A stretch of 64,000 bases of DNA from an uncultured Bacteroidales bacterium (lineage in GTDB: Bacteria > Bacteroidota > Bacteroidia > Bacteroidales > VadinHA17): NCBI GenBank assembly GCA_963737255.1, contig CAVTSB010000002.1, positions 768,341-832,340 of the forward strand. The letters run 5' to 3'. The notes under the pieces were generated by a model, which was not told where the DNA came from, did not search any database, and saw only the letters and a list, made by a program, of their open reading frames with translations. The translations under genes and the position numbers were made by a program. Within the stretch, counting starts at the first letter, position 1; the number at the start of each line of letters is the position of its first letter. Of this stretch, positions 31,907-41,306 are shown in pieces.

Positions 31907-33508
31907 ATGAAAACAAAATTTAGAATGCTCAACCTATTACTGACATTACTATTACTTGCGATATTTACATCGTGTGAAAAAAAGGATGTGAAAGTAACAG
32001 GAATTGATTTGGATAAAGTAACCGCTGATGTTATGATAGGGGCAACAATTAATTTAACAGTTGTTTTTGAACCTTTTGATGCAGACAATAAAAACCTTAC
32101 ATGGGAATCGAGCGATCCATCCGTTGCAACTGTGGCCAACGGCGTTGTAACAGGAATCGCTCTGGGCACTGCGACGATCAAGGCGACATCGCAGGATAAC
32201 ACTCTCCTGGAGGCAGCCTGCAATATAACTGTGATTCCGTCAAACGGACAGCAGATAACAGTTAGCGGTGATATTACGACCGACACAAGGTGGTTTGCAA
32301 ATGCACGTTACTTCCTGTCAGGATTCGTATATGTAAAAAATAATGCCACAATTACAATTGAAGCCGGAACAATCATTAAAGGTGTCTCGGGCACCAAGGG
32401 TGCTCTTATTATTGAAAGAGGATCTAAAATAATGGCACAGGGAACACAGTCCAGTCCGATTGTTTTTACTTCCGATAAGCCGAAAGGTCAGCGCGGATAT
32501 GGCGACTGGGGTGGCCTTGTAATATGCGGTAATGCACCGACCAACAAACATGATAACGGAACGGGGGTGGGTATCGCCGAAGGTGGTATCGGTTCAATTT
32601 ACGGAGGCACTGATGCTGCAGATAATTCAGGTGTTCTCCAGTATGTCAGGATCGAGTTTCCCGGAATTCCGCTTACGGCAACCTCAAACAGCGAGATCAA
32701 CGGATTAACTCTCTATTCAGTCGGTTCAGGCACAACAATCGACCATGTCCAGGTCTCTTACTCCGGCGATGACTCGTATGAGTGGTTCGGGGGAAATGTT
32801 AATGCAAAATATCTTGTTGCCTTCAGAGGCTGGGATGATGATTTTGACACTGATAACGGGTTCTCCGGAAAAGTACAGTTCTTCCTGAGTCTCAGGGACC
32901 CTGCAAGTGCGGACCAGTCGCAGTCGAATGGTTTTGAGTCGGACAACGATGCTGACGGATCAACACTTACACCTGTCACTTCTCCGCTCTTTGTAAACGG
33001 AAGTATGTTCGGCCCGCTGGCAACATCTGCCTCCCAGATAAATACCCTTTACAGGAATGCAATTCAATTACGTCGCGGATCACGTACATCAATTTACAAT
33101 ACTGTATTTGCCGGCTGGCCAAACGGCTTATATATCGACGGACAGAAAGGTGATGCTCCGGCACAGGCAGCAGCAAATGTACTTCAGGTAGAGAATTCGG
33201 TACTTGCCGGAATGACAGCCAATTTTGAAACTTCATACCAGGCCGATGCGGAAGCATGGTTTACCGATGCTTTAAGGAATAACCAGATAATGGCTGCCAA
33301 TGACCTTCTGATGATTGCAGATCCTTTTAACCTGACAGCCCCGGATTTCCTTCCTTCCGCAGGTTCGCCGTTGTTGAGCGGAGCCTCTTTCACAAACACA
33401 AGGTTATCCGACTCGTTCTTTACGACGGTAGCTTTCAGAGGAGCCTTCGGTTCAACAAACTGGACAGCTGCATGGTGCAATTTTGATCCTCAAAATACGG
33501 ATTATTAA
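31907..33508 (+). CDS. Surface lipoprotein: N-terminal Big_2 (Ig-like) domain plus an uncharacterised Asp/Gly-rich domain of about 430 aa
   Basis: Lipobox LLLAIFTSC. Big_2-like segment VTGIDLDKVTADVMIGATINL..TWESSDPSVATVANGVVTGIALGTATIKATS. The rest (GDWGGLVICGNAPTN, DNSGVLQYVRIEFPG, GDDSYEWFGGNVNAKYLVAFRGWDDDFDTDNGF) matches no characterised family I can name. Confidence 0.6.
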   Translation: MKTKFRMLNLLLTLLLLAIFTSCEKKDVKVTGIDLDKVTADVMIGATINLTVVFEPFDADNKNLTWESSDPSVATVANGVVTGIALGTATIKATSQDNTLLEAACNITVIPSNGQQITVSGDITTDTRWFANARYFLSGFVYVKNNATITIEAGTIIKGVSGTKGALIIERGSKIMAQGTQSSPIVFTSDKPKGQRGYGDWGGLVICGNAPTNKHDNGTGVGIAEGGIGSIYGGTDAADNSGVLQYVRIEFPGIPLTATSNSEINGLTLYSVGSGTTIDHVQVSYSGDDSYEWFGGNVNAKYLVAFRGWDDDFDTDNGFSGKVQFFLSLRDPASADQSQSNGFESDNDADGSTLTPVTSPLFVNGSMFGPLATSASQINTLYRNAIQLRRGSRTSIYNTVFAGWPNGLYIDGQKGDAPAQAAANVLQVENSVLAGMTANFETSYQADAEAWFTDALRNNQIMAANDLLMIADPFNLTAPDFLPSAGSPLLSGASFTNTRLSDSFFTTVAFRGAFGSTNWTAAWCNFDPQNTDY

Positions 33509-33600
33509 ATCCTTAAATATCAGCAGGGGAGATTTGTGGTGGGTATTGGGGGCAAAAGAATTACAGAGTTTTGTATCTTGCATTCATAATATAACACATT

Positions 33601-34290
33601 TTGATGAGGAGATTATTCACATTCCTGAGTATTATTTTTTCATTTGCCGGAATCATAAACTCACAGACAATCCTTACCCCGAATTATGGGCTGAAAAGCC
33701 ACGAGACACTTGAAATAATGAAGATTGAAACGGATTCAATGGGAACCGTTTTCTTTATGAACATTGAAAACAGGATCGAGGGAGGCACCTTTTGCGCCGA
33801 TAAAGAAATAACCATTATCTATCCCGACGGAACCCGAAGCAAGATGACCTCTTCCGGTGGAATCCCTGCATGCCCTGTGACCCATAAGTTCAAATCAATC
33901 GGGGAGAAGCTCGATTTCACATTGGCCTTTCCGCCGCTTAAAGAGGGCACTGAATGGATTGATCTGACAGAAAATTGTTCCGATAACTGTTTTTCGTTTT
34001 ATGGAATTACCCTTGACAGTCAACTGAACAGAACAATAAATGAAGCCTTTGCAAAGGCTGACAATTCTTCTCCAGCTGAGGCAATGAACTCTTTTATTGA
34101 TATCCTTGAGGAGACTGATAAAAAGGATCCGGGTTCAGAAGGTCTGCTCTATATAAACATAATAAACCTTGCTAAAAAAGCTGGGGATTCGGCCGGTGCG
34201 GAGCAATGGTATAAAAGGTTTAAACTTTCAGGAGCGCCGAGACTTGCTCAATATATAAAATTCCTTAATGATCAGGGGATCAGGTATTAA
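33601..34290 (+). CDS. Secreted hypothetical protein (229 aa): Cys-containing N-terminal domain plus helical C-terminal domain
   Basis: Signal peptide MMRRLFTFLSIIFSFAGIINSQ. No recognisable catalytic motif. Confidence 0.5.
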   Translation: MMRRLFTFLSIIFSFAGIINSQTILTPNYGLKSHETLEIMKIETDSMGTVFFMNIENRIEGGTFCADKEITIIYPDGTRSKMTSSGGIPACPVTHKFKSIGEKLDFTLAFPPLKEGTEWIDLTENCSDNCFSFYGITLDSQLNRTINEAFAKADNSSPAEAMNSFIDILEETDKKDPGSEGLLYINIINLAKKAGDSAGAEQWYKRFKLSGAPRLAQYIKFLNDQGIRY

Positions 34291-34293
34291 TTT

Positions 34294-34363
34294 CGGATTG
34301 CGGATTGGTGATTTAGGATCGGTGATTGCGAATCGGTGATTGCGGATCTGCGATTGCGGATTG
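34294..34363 (+). repeat. Tandem heptamer array, 10 units, consensus CGGATTG, starting 4 nt after the stop of the 229-aa gene
   Basis: cggattg cggattg gtgattt aggatcg gtgattg cgaatcg gtgattg cggatct gcgattg cggattg. Confidence 0.8.
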
Positions 34364-34711
34364 GGAATACATCGGACACGGGTCGTTGGTTCCGAATTTA
34401 TTCGTATAAATCATTGCGATATTTTTCGGCTGGAGTATTGATTAGAGAGGTACCCGTATACTACTAATTTAAGCAGTAAACGAGGATGATAACTCGAGCA
34501 TCCCCCTTCTTTTCAATACTTTACAATAATTATTAACAATAATTTCGAGCGGGATGGTGCCGTGGCAAACCGGAAATGGCGCGAACTTCAACCTTTTTTG
34601 GGCGCGTGAAGCTTAAGGCATTTTGCCAAAAAAGGTTGAAGTTATCATTTCCGGCGCCCTTTTTCTTTGGTTCGTTTCTTTTTGGACGAACAAAAAGAAA
34701 TGAACATCCTT

Positions 34712-34746
34712 AAAAAAAAAGAAGGTGTCCCTTTTGAGACACCCTC
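34712..34746 (-). terminator. Rho-independent terminator of the FadL-like gene
   Basis: On the minus strand, GGTGTC-loop-GACACC followed by TTCTTTTTTTTT, beginning 25 nt after the stop codon. Confidence 0.6.
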
Positions 34747-34770
34747 TTTTGTTAGTATTCTGGTTTCAGG

Positions 34771-36375
34771 TTAGAAACTGAAATCGACTCCGACAGCAAA
34801 GAAAATATTATCTTTATAATATGTCTCTTTTACCGGAATTACGGACTCGTCAGGGAGTATGTGGTTAAAGGTTTTTTCACCTTTCTGGTACATCGTATAG
34901 CCTACGCCAAGGTTGATCTGAAGCCTCTCAAATGGGGAAATAGCACCACCGGCACCAATAGTACTTGAAGGCAGGCTATATGTCAGATCGCTTTGATATT
35001 TTTCATTTACTCCTGTTTTCGAGTAAAGATAACCGCCGCTGACCAGGAAAATGTCATTGATCCTGTACTGCAAACCACCTGCCAGTTCAAGGTAGTTATT
35101 GTCGAAAATCTCCTCATTGCTGACATAGACCCCGTCAATCTTGTGACCATAGTCGGCTGCTTTGTCAAAATAGTAGTTACCGCTGGCAGTTATGTTCAGT
35201 TTGTCTGTAACTCCGTAATCAACTCCGACGGTCAGCAATGCAGGCATATCGTTCCTTATTTTTTCCCCGTTGGGAAACATGGTTACCGGTGTGCCCTCTG
35301 CAGTAAAGCCTGTGGTGAAGTCTTTTGTAGTCTTGTTCTCAAGCTCCAGCCTGGTGGCCATTTCATATTTAATACCGATATTCAGGTTTTCAAGAGGAGA
35401 AATGTTTACGCTGACGAAGGGTGTATAACCCGAACCGGTCTGTTCGACCTCTGCTTCCTGATCGCCAAGGAGCGTAGCCATACCGGTGTATTTATCGCTT
35501 GCCCCATTGAAAATTGCATCGGCTGTGGCGATTGTAACTGAAGTGGGATAACCAAATGCTGCGAGAGCACCTTCAAGTTGCATCCGTGTCTGGGTTGTAA
35601 TAATGGTTGCAGCCTCAGCCTGGGCGAGAGTCAAAGCTCCGGCCCCGCCGGCTACAAGCTGACCCGTACCAGCAGCAGCCTGGTCGGCCTGTCCTGCAAT
35701 TCCTGACATTATTGCATCGGCTCTCACGCCTCCTGTCGGCAGAATAACTGTAATATCGCGCAGGTGACCCATATAGGTGTTCTTTGCCATAACATAACGG
35801 ACGCCGGCAGCTACGGAGATATAGTCATTGATCTTATATGAAACACCTCCCTGGAACCCGAAGAATACAGAAGTGCCTTCGAAATAGGCATCCAGGCTGT
35901 AGCCGGTTGCTCCCATGCTTGATGCCAGTGAGGGTACCAGGTCGGAAGCATCAATTTCAAATGACGGTAAACCTTTGTCGAATGTTGCGCCGCCGCCGCC
36001 ACCTACCGGGTTGAACCCGAGGGAGAAAGCAAGCCTGTCCATCTTATATGCTGCATATACACTCGGAAATACCGGGGCAGTAACCTTTCCCTTGTAAAGA
36101 CTCTGGTTTAGTCCAAAGGCTCCACCGGGACCGGTGTAGAAATTCTCAACCTCTTTGTTCTGAAGTATAGTCTGGTTGGAGATTGAAAAATGAAAACCAT
36201 TTTCCAGTCTCATTAATCCTGCCGGATTATAGTAGACGGCATCAATACTGGTTGAAGCATTCCTGGATGGAAGTCTTACCCACGATGCACTCTGGTTCGT
36301 ATTGGTTACCACTCCACCGGCAAACAAACTGCCGGAAATAAAAGTTACCGAAAGCAATGTTAAAAATCTTCTCAT
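34771..36375 (-). CDS. Outer-membrane transport protein, FadL/TodX (Toluene_X) family-like beta-barrel
   Basis: Signal peptide. N-terminal GGVVTNTNQSASWVRLPSRNASTSIDAVYYNPAGL. Alternating amphipathic strands. C-terminal ..IFFAVGVDFSF with an aromatic terminus. Confidence 0.7.
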   Translation of the reverse strand: MRRFLTLLSVTFISGSLFAGGVVTNTNQSASWVRLPSRNASTSIDAVYYNPAGLMRLENGFHFSISNQTILQNKEVENFYTGPGGAFGLNQSLYKGKVTAPVFPSVYAAYKMDRLAFSLGFNPVGGGGGATFDKGLPSFEIDASDLVPSLASSMGATGYSLDAYFEGTSVFFGFQGGVSYKINDYISVAAGVRYVMAKNTYMGHLRDITVILPTGGVRADAIMSGIAGQADQAAAGTGQLVAGGAGALTLAQAEAATIITTQTRMQLEGALAAFGYPTSVTIATADAIFNGASDKYTGMATLLGDQEAEVEQTGSGYTPFVSVNISPLENLNIGIKYEMATRLELENKTTKDFTTGFTAEGTPVTMFPNGEKIRNDMPALLTVGVDYGVTDKLNITASGNYYFDKAADYGHKIDGVYVSNEEIFDNNYLELAGGLQYRINDIFLVSGGYLYSKTGVNEKYQSDLTYSLPSSTIGAGGAISPFERLQINLGVGYTMYQKGEKTFNHILPDESVIPVKETYYKDNIFFAVGVDFSF

Positions 36376-36603
36376 ACGATAGTTTTTAAGTTTAATTTAA
36401 GGAATACATTCATTTGCAAAACATAAATGACTGAATCCCATAGGGTTTAAATTCAAACGACCATGTTAGTTAAAAAGCATAAGCAGGGCAAATGTAGAAA
36501 AATATTTGGTTTATGCAAATAATTCTAAAATAGCAGGTTGATTTTAAGTTGATTGTATCGACTTTGACTACTGTGTTCGAAATATTTGAAAGACTCATTC
36601 TAA

Positions 36604-39600
36604 TCAGTTGCCTCTGAGGAGCGTAAAATCGTCAAACAGGCCGTAATCGATAATCTGATACCCTTTCCCGGGGGGATATGATCTGACATTTCTCCACAGC
36701 CATGGAGAAACCAGCCCGGGGGCAGGATCATTAAAATGCGGGCCCAGAAGATTCTTAAGACTTCCGATCACCTTAACACCTATAACGTTATTGCCTTCTT
36801 TAATCAGCTTGGTAATGTCCGACTGGTAGGGAGGAAAGGCTATCACCGGGGCTTTATGCCCGTTGACATAGACTTCTGCAATTGTTCCCTTCCAGTTTTT
36901 AAGGCTGACATAGAACCTGCCTCCGGATTTTTCAATATTGAATTCTTTGCTGTAGGTTACACCCCAGGAGTAGAACGGCATTCCGAGCTCTTTCCAGCTT
37001 CCGGTGCTTAATGAAATTACCGGCGGCCCGATTGTCCAGCCTTTTTCTGCAGGTTTTAACGAAAAATCGCCGGTTATGTACACGGGTTCAATTTCAGAAT
37101 GAACCTTCATCGGGTTGGCTTTTAGTGAAATAGTGTTGTCACCATTCCTGATCAGCGATCCGATATTGAAAACGCCGAACGCCCTGTCGAGCCACCATTT
37201 GCCTTCCTCGCTCCTTATTTCAGTATCATTCATAGTAACGCTCCACAGGTCCGGCCTTTCGATTACCGCTCTGAAAGATGAATAGTTAAAATCGCCTTCG
37301 ACTACAAAATGATATTTTGCCGTAAAACCTGAATTGATACCGAATGTATCCCTGTCAACGGTGCGGGTTTTGAACTGCACTGATGTATTCCACGGGTTGC
37401 CATTTGCAAATCCGTGTTTCTTAAATGCCTTGTCTGCTGCATAATAGGTATTGAGGTCGGGTGTAAGTTCATCCCCGATCAGAATATCACAGAACTCAAG
37501 TGTTATTACATTTTCCCGGTCCCTTGATATCTGCAGATCAGACTCCGACCCTATCGTTTCGAATGCTTTTGGCTTATCAGCCAGGGTAAAGTTACCCTGT
37601 TTTTTAAAAGGTAAATATAGAAGAAGGCTTCCTGCCGGCGGCAGATCATATGTAAAGCTGACATACTCCCCGTCCTGAAGAGCCGGGTAGCCATTAACCT
37701 CCCCAGTCAGGGTATTCAATTCAATTGCGTCTGCTCCCTTTATCTTCACAAGCCCCTTGGTCCGCTTTTCAAGGCTGGAGTTTGCCATGAACAGAACCTC
37801 TCCGTCAGCCATTGTCCGGTGATGATGATAGAGATCACCACCTGTTCTGTCGGTAAAACTAAGATCCTGATCGGAGAAATACTCCCTTACTAGGGCAGGT
37901 GTCAGGTTCTGCTTTGTGACGATCTTATCGGAATTATATGAAAAGAACTCTTTTAAGCTTTCGCTTGGGGCTCCATCGACCAATGAGGGAAGCGAAAAGG
38001 CGATCAGTTTCCCTCCATCGTTTACAAATTTATCAAGCAGCTTATAGGTTACAGAGTCAAGGTTTTCCATCATTGGAGGAATGACCACCATTGAATAGGA
38101 GCATTCTCCGACTACAAACTTTCCGTCTTTTGCCGATCCCAGGTCTTTTAAAATATTTTCAGATCCCAGGTCATACTCAACCTGTTCCTTTTCGAGCCTG
38201 GTTATAAAAGTCTGGAATGCCTGCCCGATCTCAGCCACTTTTGGATTTCTTTTGATATATGAATCATACAACCAGCAGGTTGTTGTTGGTTCCAGAACAA
38301 GTATTTCATTAATTTGTCTGCCGGCAGACAACGCCATTGAAAGCCTGGCAAAATGATCGTTGAGATATTTATAGTCGCTCCACCATGGTTCATGATAGGT
38401 AAAAGTAGGAGGGTAGTCATATTTTCTTGCACCGGCAAGAGTAATATGTGAAAGATGCTGGTTCATCAGGTTGACGCCAAGGGCGTATTCCCAGTCGCCG
38501 AGTCGTTTCATATCGGTGAAAGTCAGCTCCCAGCCTCCTCCTCCGTAGGTCTCGCTTAATTTCCTCTGCCTGCCTGTCTGGTTGGCTGCGCTTGCAAGCT
38601 CCTTTACTGATCTTACGTTTCCAAACTGGGCCCCCGGAGTCGAATCGTTCCACTGATTGAACAGCATATCGATAGCCGGAAGCTGGTGCCAGGCATACAT
38701 GGCCATATTGTCTCCGCCCGGTCGCATGTTCGGCCATTCATGCTCCCAGTAATGACCTGTAAATTCGAGTCCTTTTGATTCGCAATAATTATAATAGGGC
38801 TTTGCCCACCTGTCGATGAACAGTTGGAGCAGTGTCTGGGTATAATTATGCCGCACCCTCATCCAGTCACCTGTTTCTTCAAACAGTGAAGGCAGCTTTG
38901 TTTTAAGATCGTAATTCCATCTCTTCTGAAAGACATCAAAAAGGTCAGGTGTCCAACGGATACCCCCCGGGGAGGGAATCTCAGGCTCATCAGTGAAAAT
39001 CCCCGGAATCACCCGGCCAAATTCATTGCCTGTGTATTTTTCATAACCCTTCATCGTAATTTCAATGAACTTCCCGGTTACACCGGGCACGAGCAGGTCG
39101 GTATATGAAAAGCCTCCATACCAGTCGCCTGCGGTGTAAAATGTTTTTGAGAAAAGCAGATATTTCCCGGTTTTTCCCATTTCGGCGCTGATAGAGGATG
39201 TGATGTCAGTAAAAGTACCATTCTCCTCCCTGAGGCAAACAAGAAATTTGTCTGCGGTATCAGGTAGAATTTCCGTCCTTGTCATCTTCAATCCCTGGCC
39301 CTGGTTGAACGATTCCGGCATTTGATCCGGAACATGACCGCCTGCAAATCCGCTGGGATACGAGTTTTCGTCATATATCCAGACATTCATGCCAAGTTCC
39401 CTTCCTTTATCAACTGTGTACTTGAAAAGATCAAACCATTCATCCGAAAGGTATTCGGTAACAAGTCCGGGCCTTGGATGGACAAACACCTGACTGCTGC
39501 CTGCATCCTTGAAATCGTTCATGTATTTGTCGATCTCTTCCCTGGTAATTTTGTAATTCCATACAAAGAAAGGACCGGTTGTGAACTCCTTTGATGGCTG

Positions 39601-39738
39601 TCTGAATTCTGCCGAAAGTGAGGTAAAATCATTGATTTTGACCTGGACATCACTGGTTTTCCTGCAGGAAACAAGCGATGTTGTAATGACTGAGACGACA
39701 ACAAAAAAAAGTACAGGCCTGGTGTAGATATATTTCAT
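36604..39738 (-). CDS. Large putative glycoside hydrolase (1044 aa): N-terminal TIM-like catalytic region plus C-terminal jelly-roll/sugar-binding domains; family not assigned
   Basis: Signal/lipoprotein N-terminus (..SLVSC). GPFFVWNYKITREEIDKYMNDFKDAGSSQVFVHPRPGLVTEYLSDEWF..NVWIYDENSYPSGFAGGHV resembles a conserved N-terminal block of uncharacterised GH-like proteins. Sits in a sugar-catabolic neighbourhood. Confidence 0.5.
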   Translation of the reverse strand: MKYIYTRPVLFFVVVSVITTSLVSCRKTSDVQVKINDFTSLSAEFRQPSKEFTTGPFFVWNYKITREEIDKYMNDFKDAGSSQVFVHPRPGLVTEYLSDEWFDLFKYTVDKGRELGMNVWIYDENSYPSGFAGGHVPDQMPESFNQGQGLKMTRTEILPDTADKFLVCLREENGTFTDITSSISAEMGKTGKYLLFSKTFYTAGDWYGGFSYTDLLVPGVTGKFIEITMKGYEKYTGNEFGRVIPGIFTDEPEIPSPGGIRWTPDLFDVFQKRWNYDLKTKLPSLFEETGDWMRVRHNYTQTLLQLFIDRWAKPYYNYCESKGLEFTGHYWEHEWPNMRPGGDNMAMYAWHQLPAIDMLFNQWNDSTPGAQFGNVRSVKELASAANQTGRQRKLSETYGGGGWELTFTDMKRLGDWEYALGVNLMNQHLSHITLAGARKYDYPPTFTYHEPWWSDYKYLNDHFARLSMALSAGRQINEILVLEPTTTCWLYDSYIKRNPKVAEIGQAFQTFITRLEKEQVEYDLGSENILKDLGSAKDGKFVVGECSYSMVVIPPMMENLDSVTYKLLDKFVNDGGKLIAFSLPSLVDGAPSESLKEFFSYNSDKIVTKQNLTPALVREYFSDQDLSFTDRTGGDLYHHHRTMADGEVLFMANSSLEKRTKGLVKIKGADAIELNTLTGEVNGYPALQDGEYVSFTYDLPPAGSLLLYLPFKKQGNFTLADKPKAFETIGSESDLQISRDRENVITLEFCDILIGDELTPDLNTYYAADKAFKKHGFANGNPWNTSVQFKTRTVDRDTFGINSGFTAKYHFVVEGDFNYSSFRAVIERPDLWSVTMNDTEIRSEEGKWWLDRAFGVFNIGSLIRNGDNTISLKANPMKVHSEIEPVYITGDFSLKPAEKGWTIGPPVISLSTGSWKELGMPFYSWGVTYSKEFNIEKSGGRFYVSLKNWKGTIAEVYVNGHKAPVIAFPPYQSDITKLIKEGNNVIGVKVIGSLKNLLGPHFNDPAPGLVSPWLWRNVRSYPPGKGYQIIDYGLFDDFTLLRGN

Positions 39739-39820
39739 GACGTCTGGTTTGGTTAGAGTTTGGGAGGATAAATATACTTAATTAAGTAAAGTCTGATTAT
39801 CTGCATGGTTAATTTCTTTC

Positions 39821-41254
39821 TCAGCAGACCTTCACCACCTCCATATCAAGCAAATCCCCCAGTTTTCTGATCTTTGATGCTAAATGTCCTACTCCGACAG
39901 CGCAATGGTGTGCCGGGCCATAGCTGTTCCAGGTATTTATGAAGTTTTTCATGCCAATGGGAAACCTGTAACGGCTGTTTGTATTTCCGATCTCAAGGAT
40001 GGGGCCAGGGACAGATTCACCCTCCGCTGTAAGGAGCAACAATTTCCCGTCACCCTTTTGTACAACCGACAATAAAGTAATATCACCATGCTTGACCGAC
40101 ATTTCAACTGACAATCCCCGCCCGACTTTTCCATGATAAATATCAAGCGGCTTTACTTTTGTTTTACCCTGGGCTATAGCCAGATGTCCAGGTCCATCGT
40201 GTCCCATAAGAACAACATCATCCTTAAAATCCAGTGCATAAAATTCCGTAAATGATCCGCCGGAATGAAAGGAGTCCATAATTTTCATTGCCTGAACATT
40301 TTTGACCTCATATTCTCCGGCTACGGGGATACCTCTTGCGGTAAGCAGTGAGTTGGCCAGAATGATGGAGCTGATCGACTCTTCATTCCCGGATGATCCC
40401 GAGCCGCTGTAAAAGTATGCCATCGAACCAAGATCATGTTCCTCAATAAGCCTGTCGAGAGCAACTGATGTTCTGGCTGCAAGTTTCAGATCCTCTTCAG
40501 AACAATCGGGATGAATATCAAATTCCTTTCTGAAAATCTTAATCCGTTCCGCGATTTCCCTGGGATTAACATTCCTCCTCAGAGATGACAACTCATCAAC
40601 TTCCAGCATTTCGATATGCCCCCCAAATTGAACAAGCTGAAGTGTAAGATCTGAATAAACATCAAGCATACCACCGTAATAATGCCCCATAAGGCCGAGC
40701 CTGTTATGCGCCATTATATTGGCAACTGATGCCGCTTCGACCCATTCCCTTACTTCATGCCAAACCTCCTCATCCCCTTTCAGGACGCCGGTTATCTGGT
40801 GAAATTTTATTCCAGCCCTGAGAAAAACATTTGCAATTTCAGGGACCGGACAGGCGGAGACATTTGCAAGCCATTCACCAGTCATCCGGGTACGGTCGAT
40901 AAGTTGGTTAAAATTTTTATAATCAATAGTATCAGTGGGAGTCAGGTTAAGTATTATGACAGGTACCCCGGCCCTTTTTACAACCGGAAGAACAGTGGAA
41001 GAGAGGGCATATGTCGTTACATGCAGGAATATTATATCAACGTCAGCCTGCCTGAATTTATGTCCGGCCTCCATGGCTTTGGCCGGATCGTCAATAAGAC
41101 CGAGATTGACTACTTCCGCATCAAACCTCCCGAGATTTTTTCTGACCTCACCGATATAACCTTCAAGACGTTCTTTAAGACCATCAAACTGTGGCCAGTA
41201 GGCATCGAGACCTATCCCGAAAAGTCCTACTTTCAGATTATGGATTTCTTTCAT
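39821..41254 (-). CDS. L-arabinose/L-fucose isomerase family protein
   Basis: 477 aa. N-terminal KVGLFGIGLDAYWPQFDGLKERLEGY.. and overall size fit AraA-like isomerases. Specificity is uncertain. Confidence 0.6.
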   Translation of the reverse strand: MKEIHNLKVGLFGIGLDAYWPQFDGLKERLEGYIGEVRKNLGRFDAEVVNLGLIDDPAKAMEAGHKFRQADVDIIFLHVTTYALSSTVLPVVKRAGVPVIILNLTPTDTIDYKNFNQLIDRTRMTGEWLANVSACPVPEIANVFLRAGIKFHQITGVLKGDEEVWHEVREWVEAASVANIMAHNRLGLMGHYYGGMLDVYSDLTLQLVQFGGHIEMLEVDELSSLRRNVNPREIAERIKIFRKEFDIHPDCSEEDLKLAARTSVALDRLIEEHDLGSMAYFYSGSGSSGNEESISSIILANSLLTARGIPVAGEYEVKNVQAMKIMDSFHSGGSFTEFYALDFKDDVVLMGHDGPGHLAIAQGKTKVKPLDIYHGKVGRGLSVEMSVKHGDITLLSVVQKGDGKLLLLTAEGESVPGPILEIGNTNSRYRFPIGMKNFINTWNSYGPAHHCAVGVGHLASKIRKLGDLLDMEVVKVC

Positions 41255-41306
41255 ATCTGAAAGGTAATAAAATTTATTCAGTTCAACTTTGAGGGGCTTA
41301 CCATGC

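Noticed and set aside
34294-34363. Possible CRISPR array (also considered for 44511..44570 and 55758..55801)
   Set aside because: The units are 7-10 bp, directly abutting with no spacers, and no cas genes are present. These are simple tandem repeats.
34381-34400. tRNA-like T-arm sequence (GGTTCCGAAT)
   Set aside because: No acceptor stem, D-arm or anticodon arm can be built from the flanking sequence. This is a chance resemblance.
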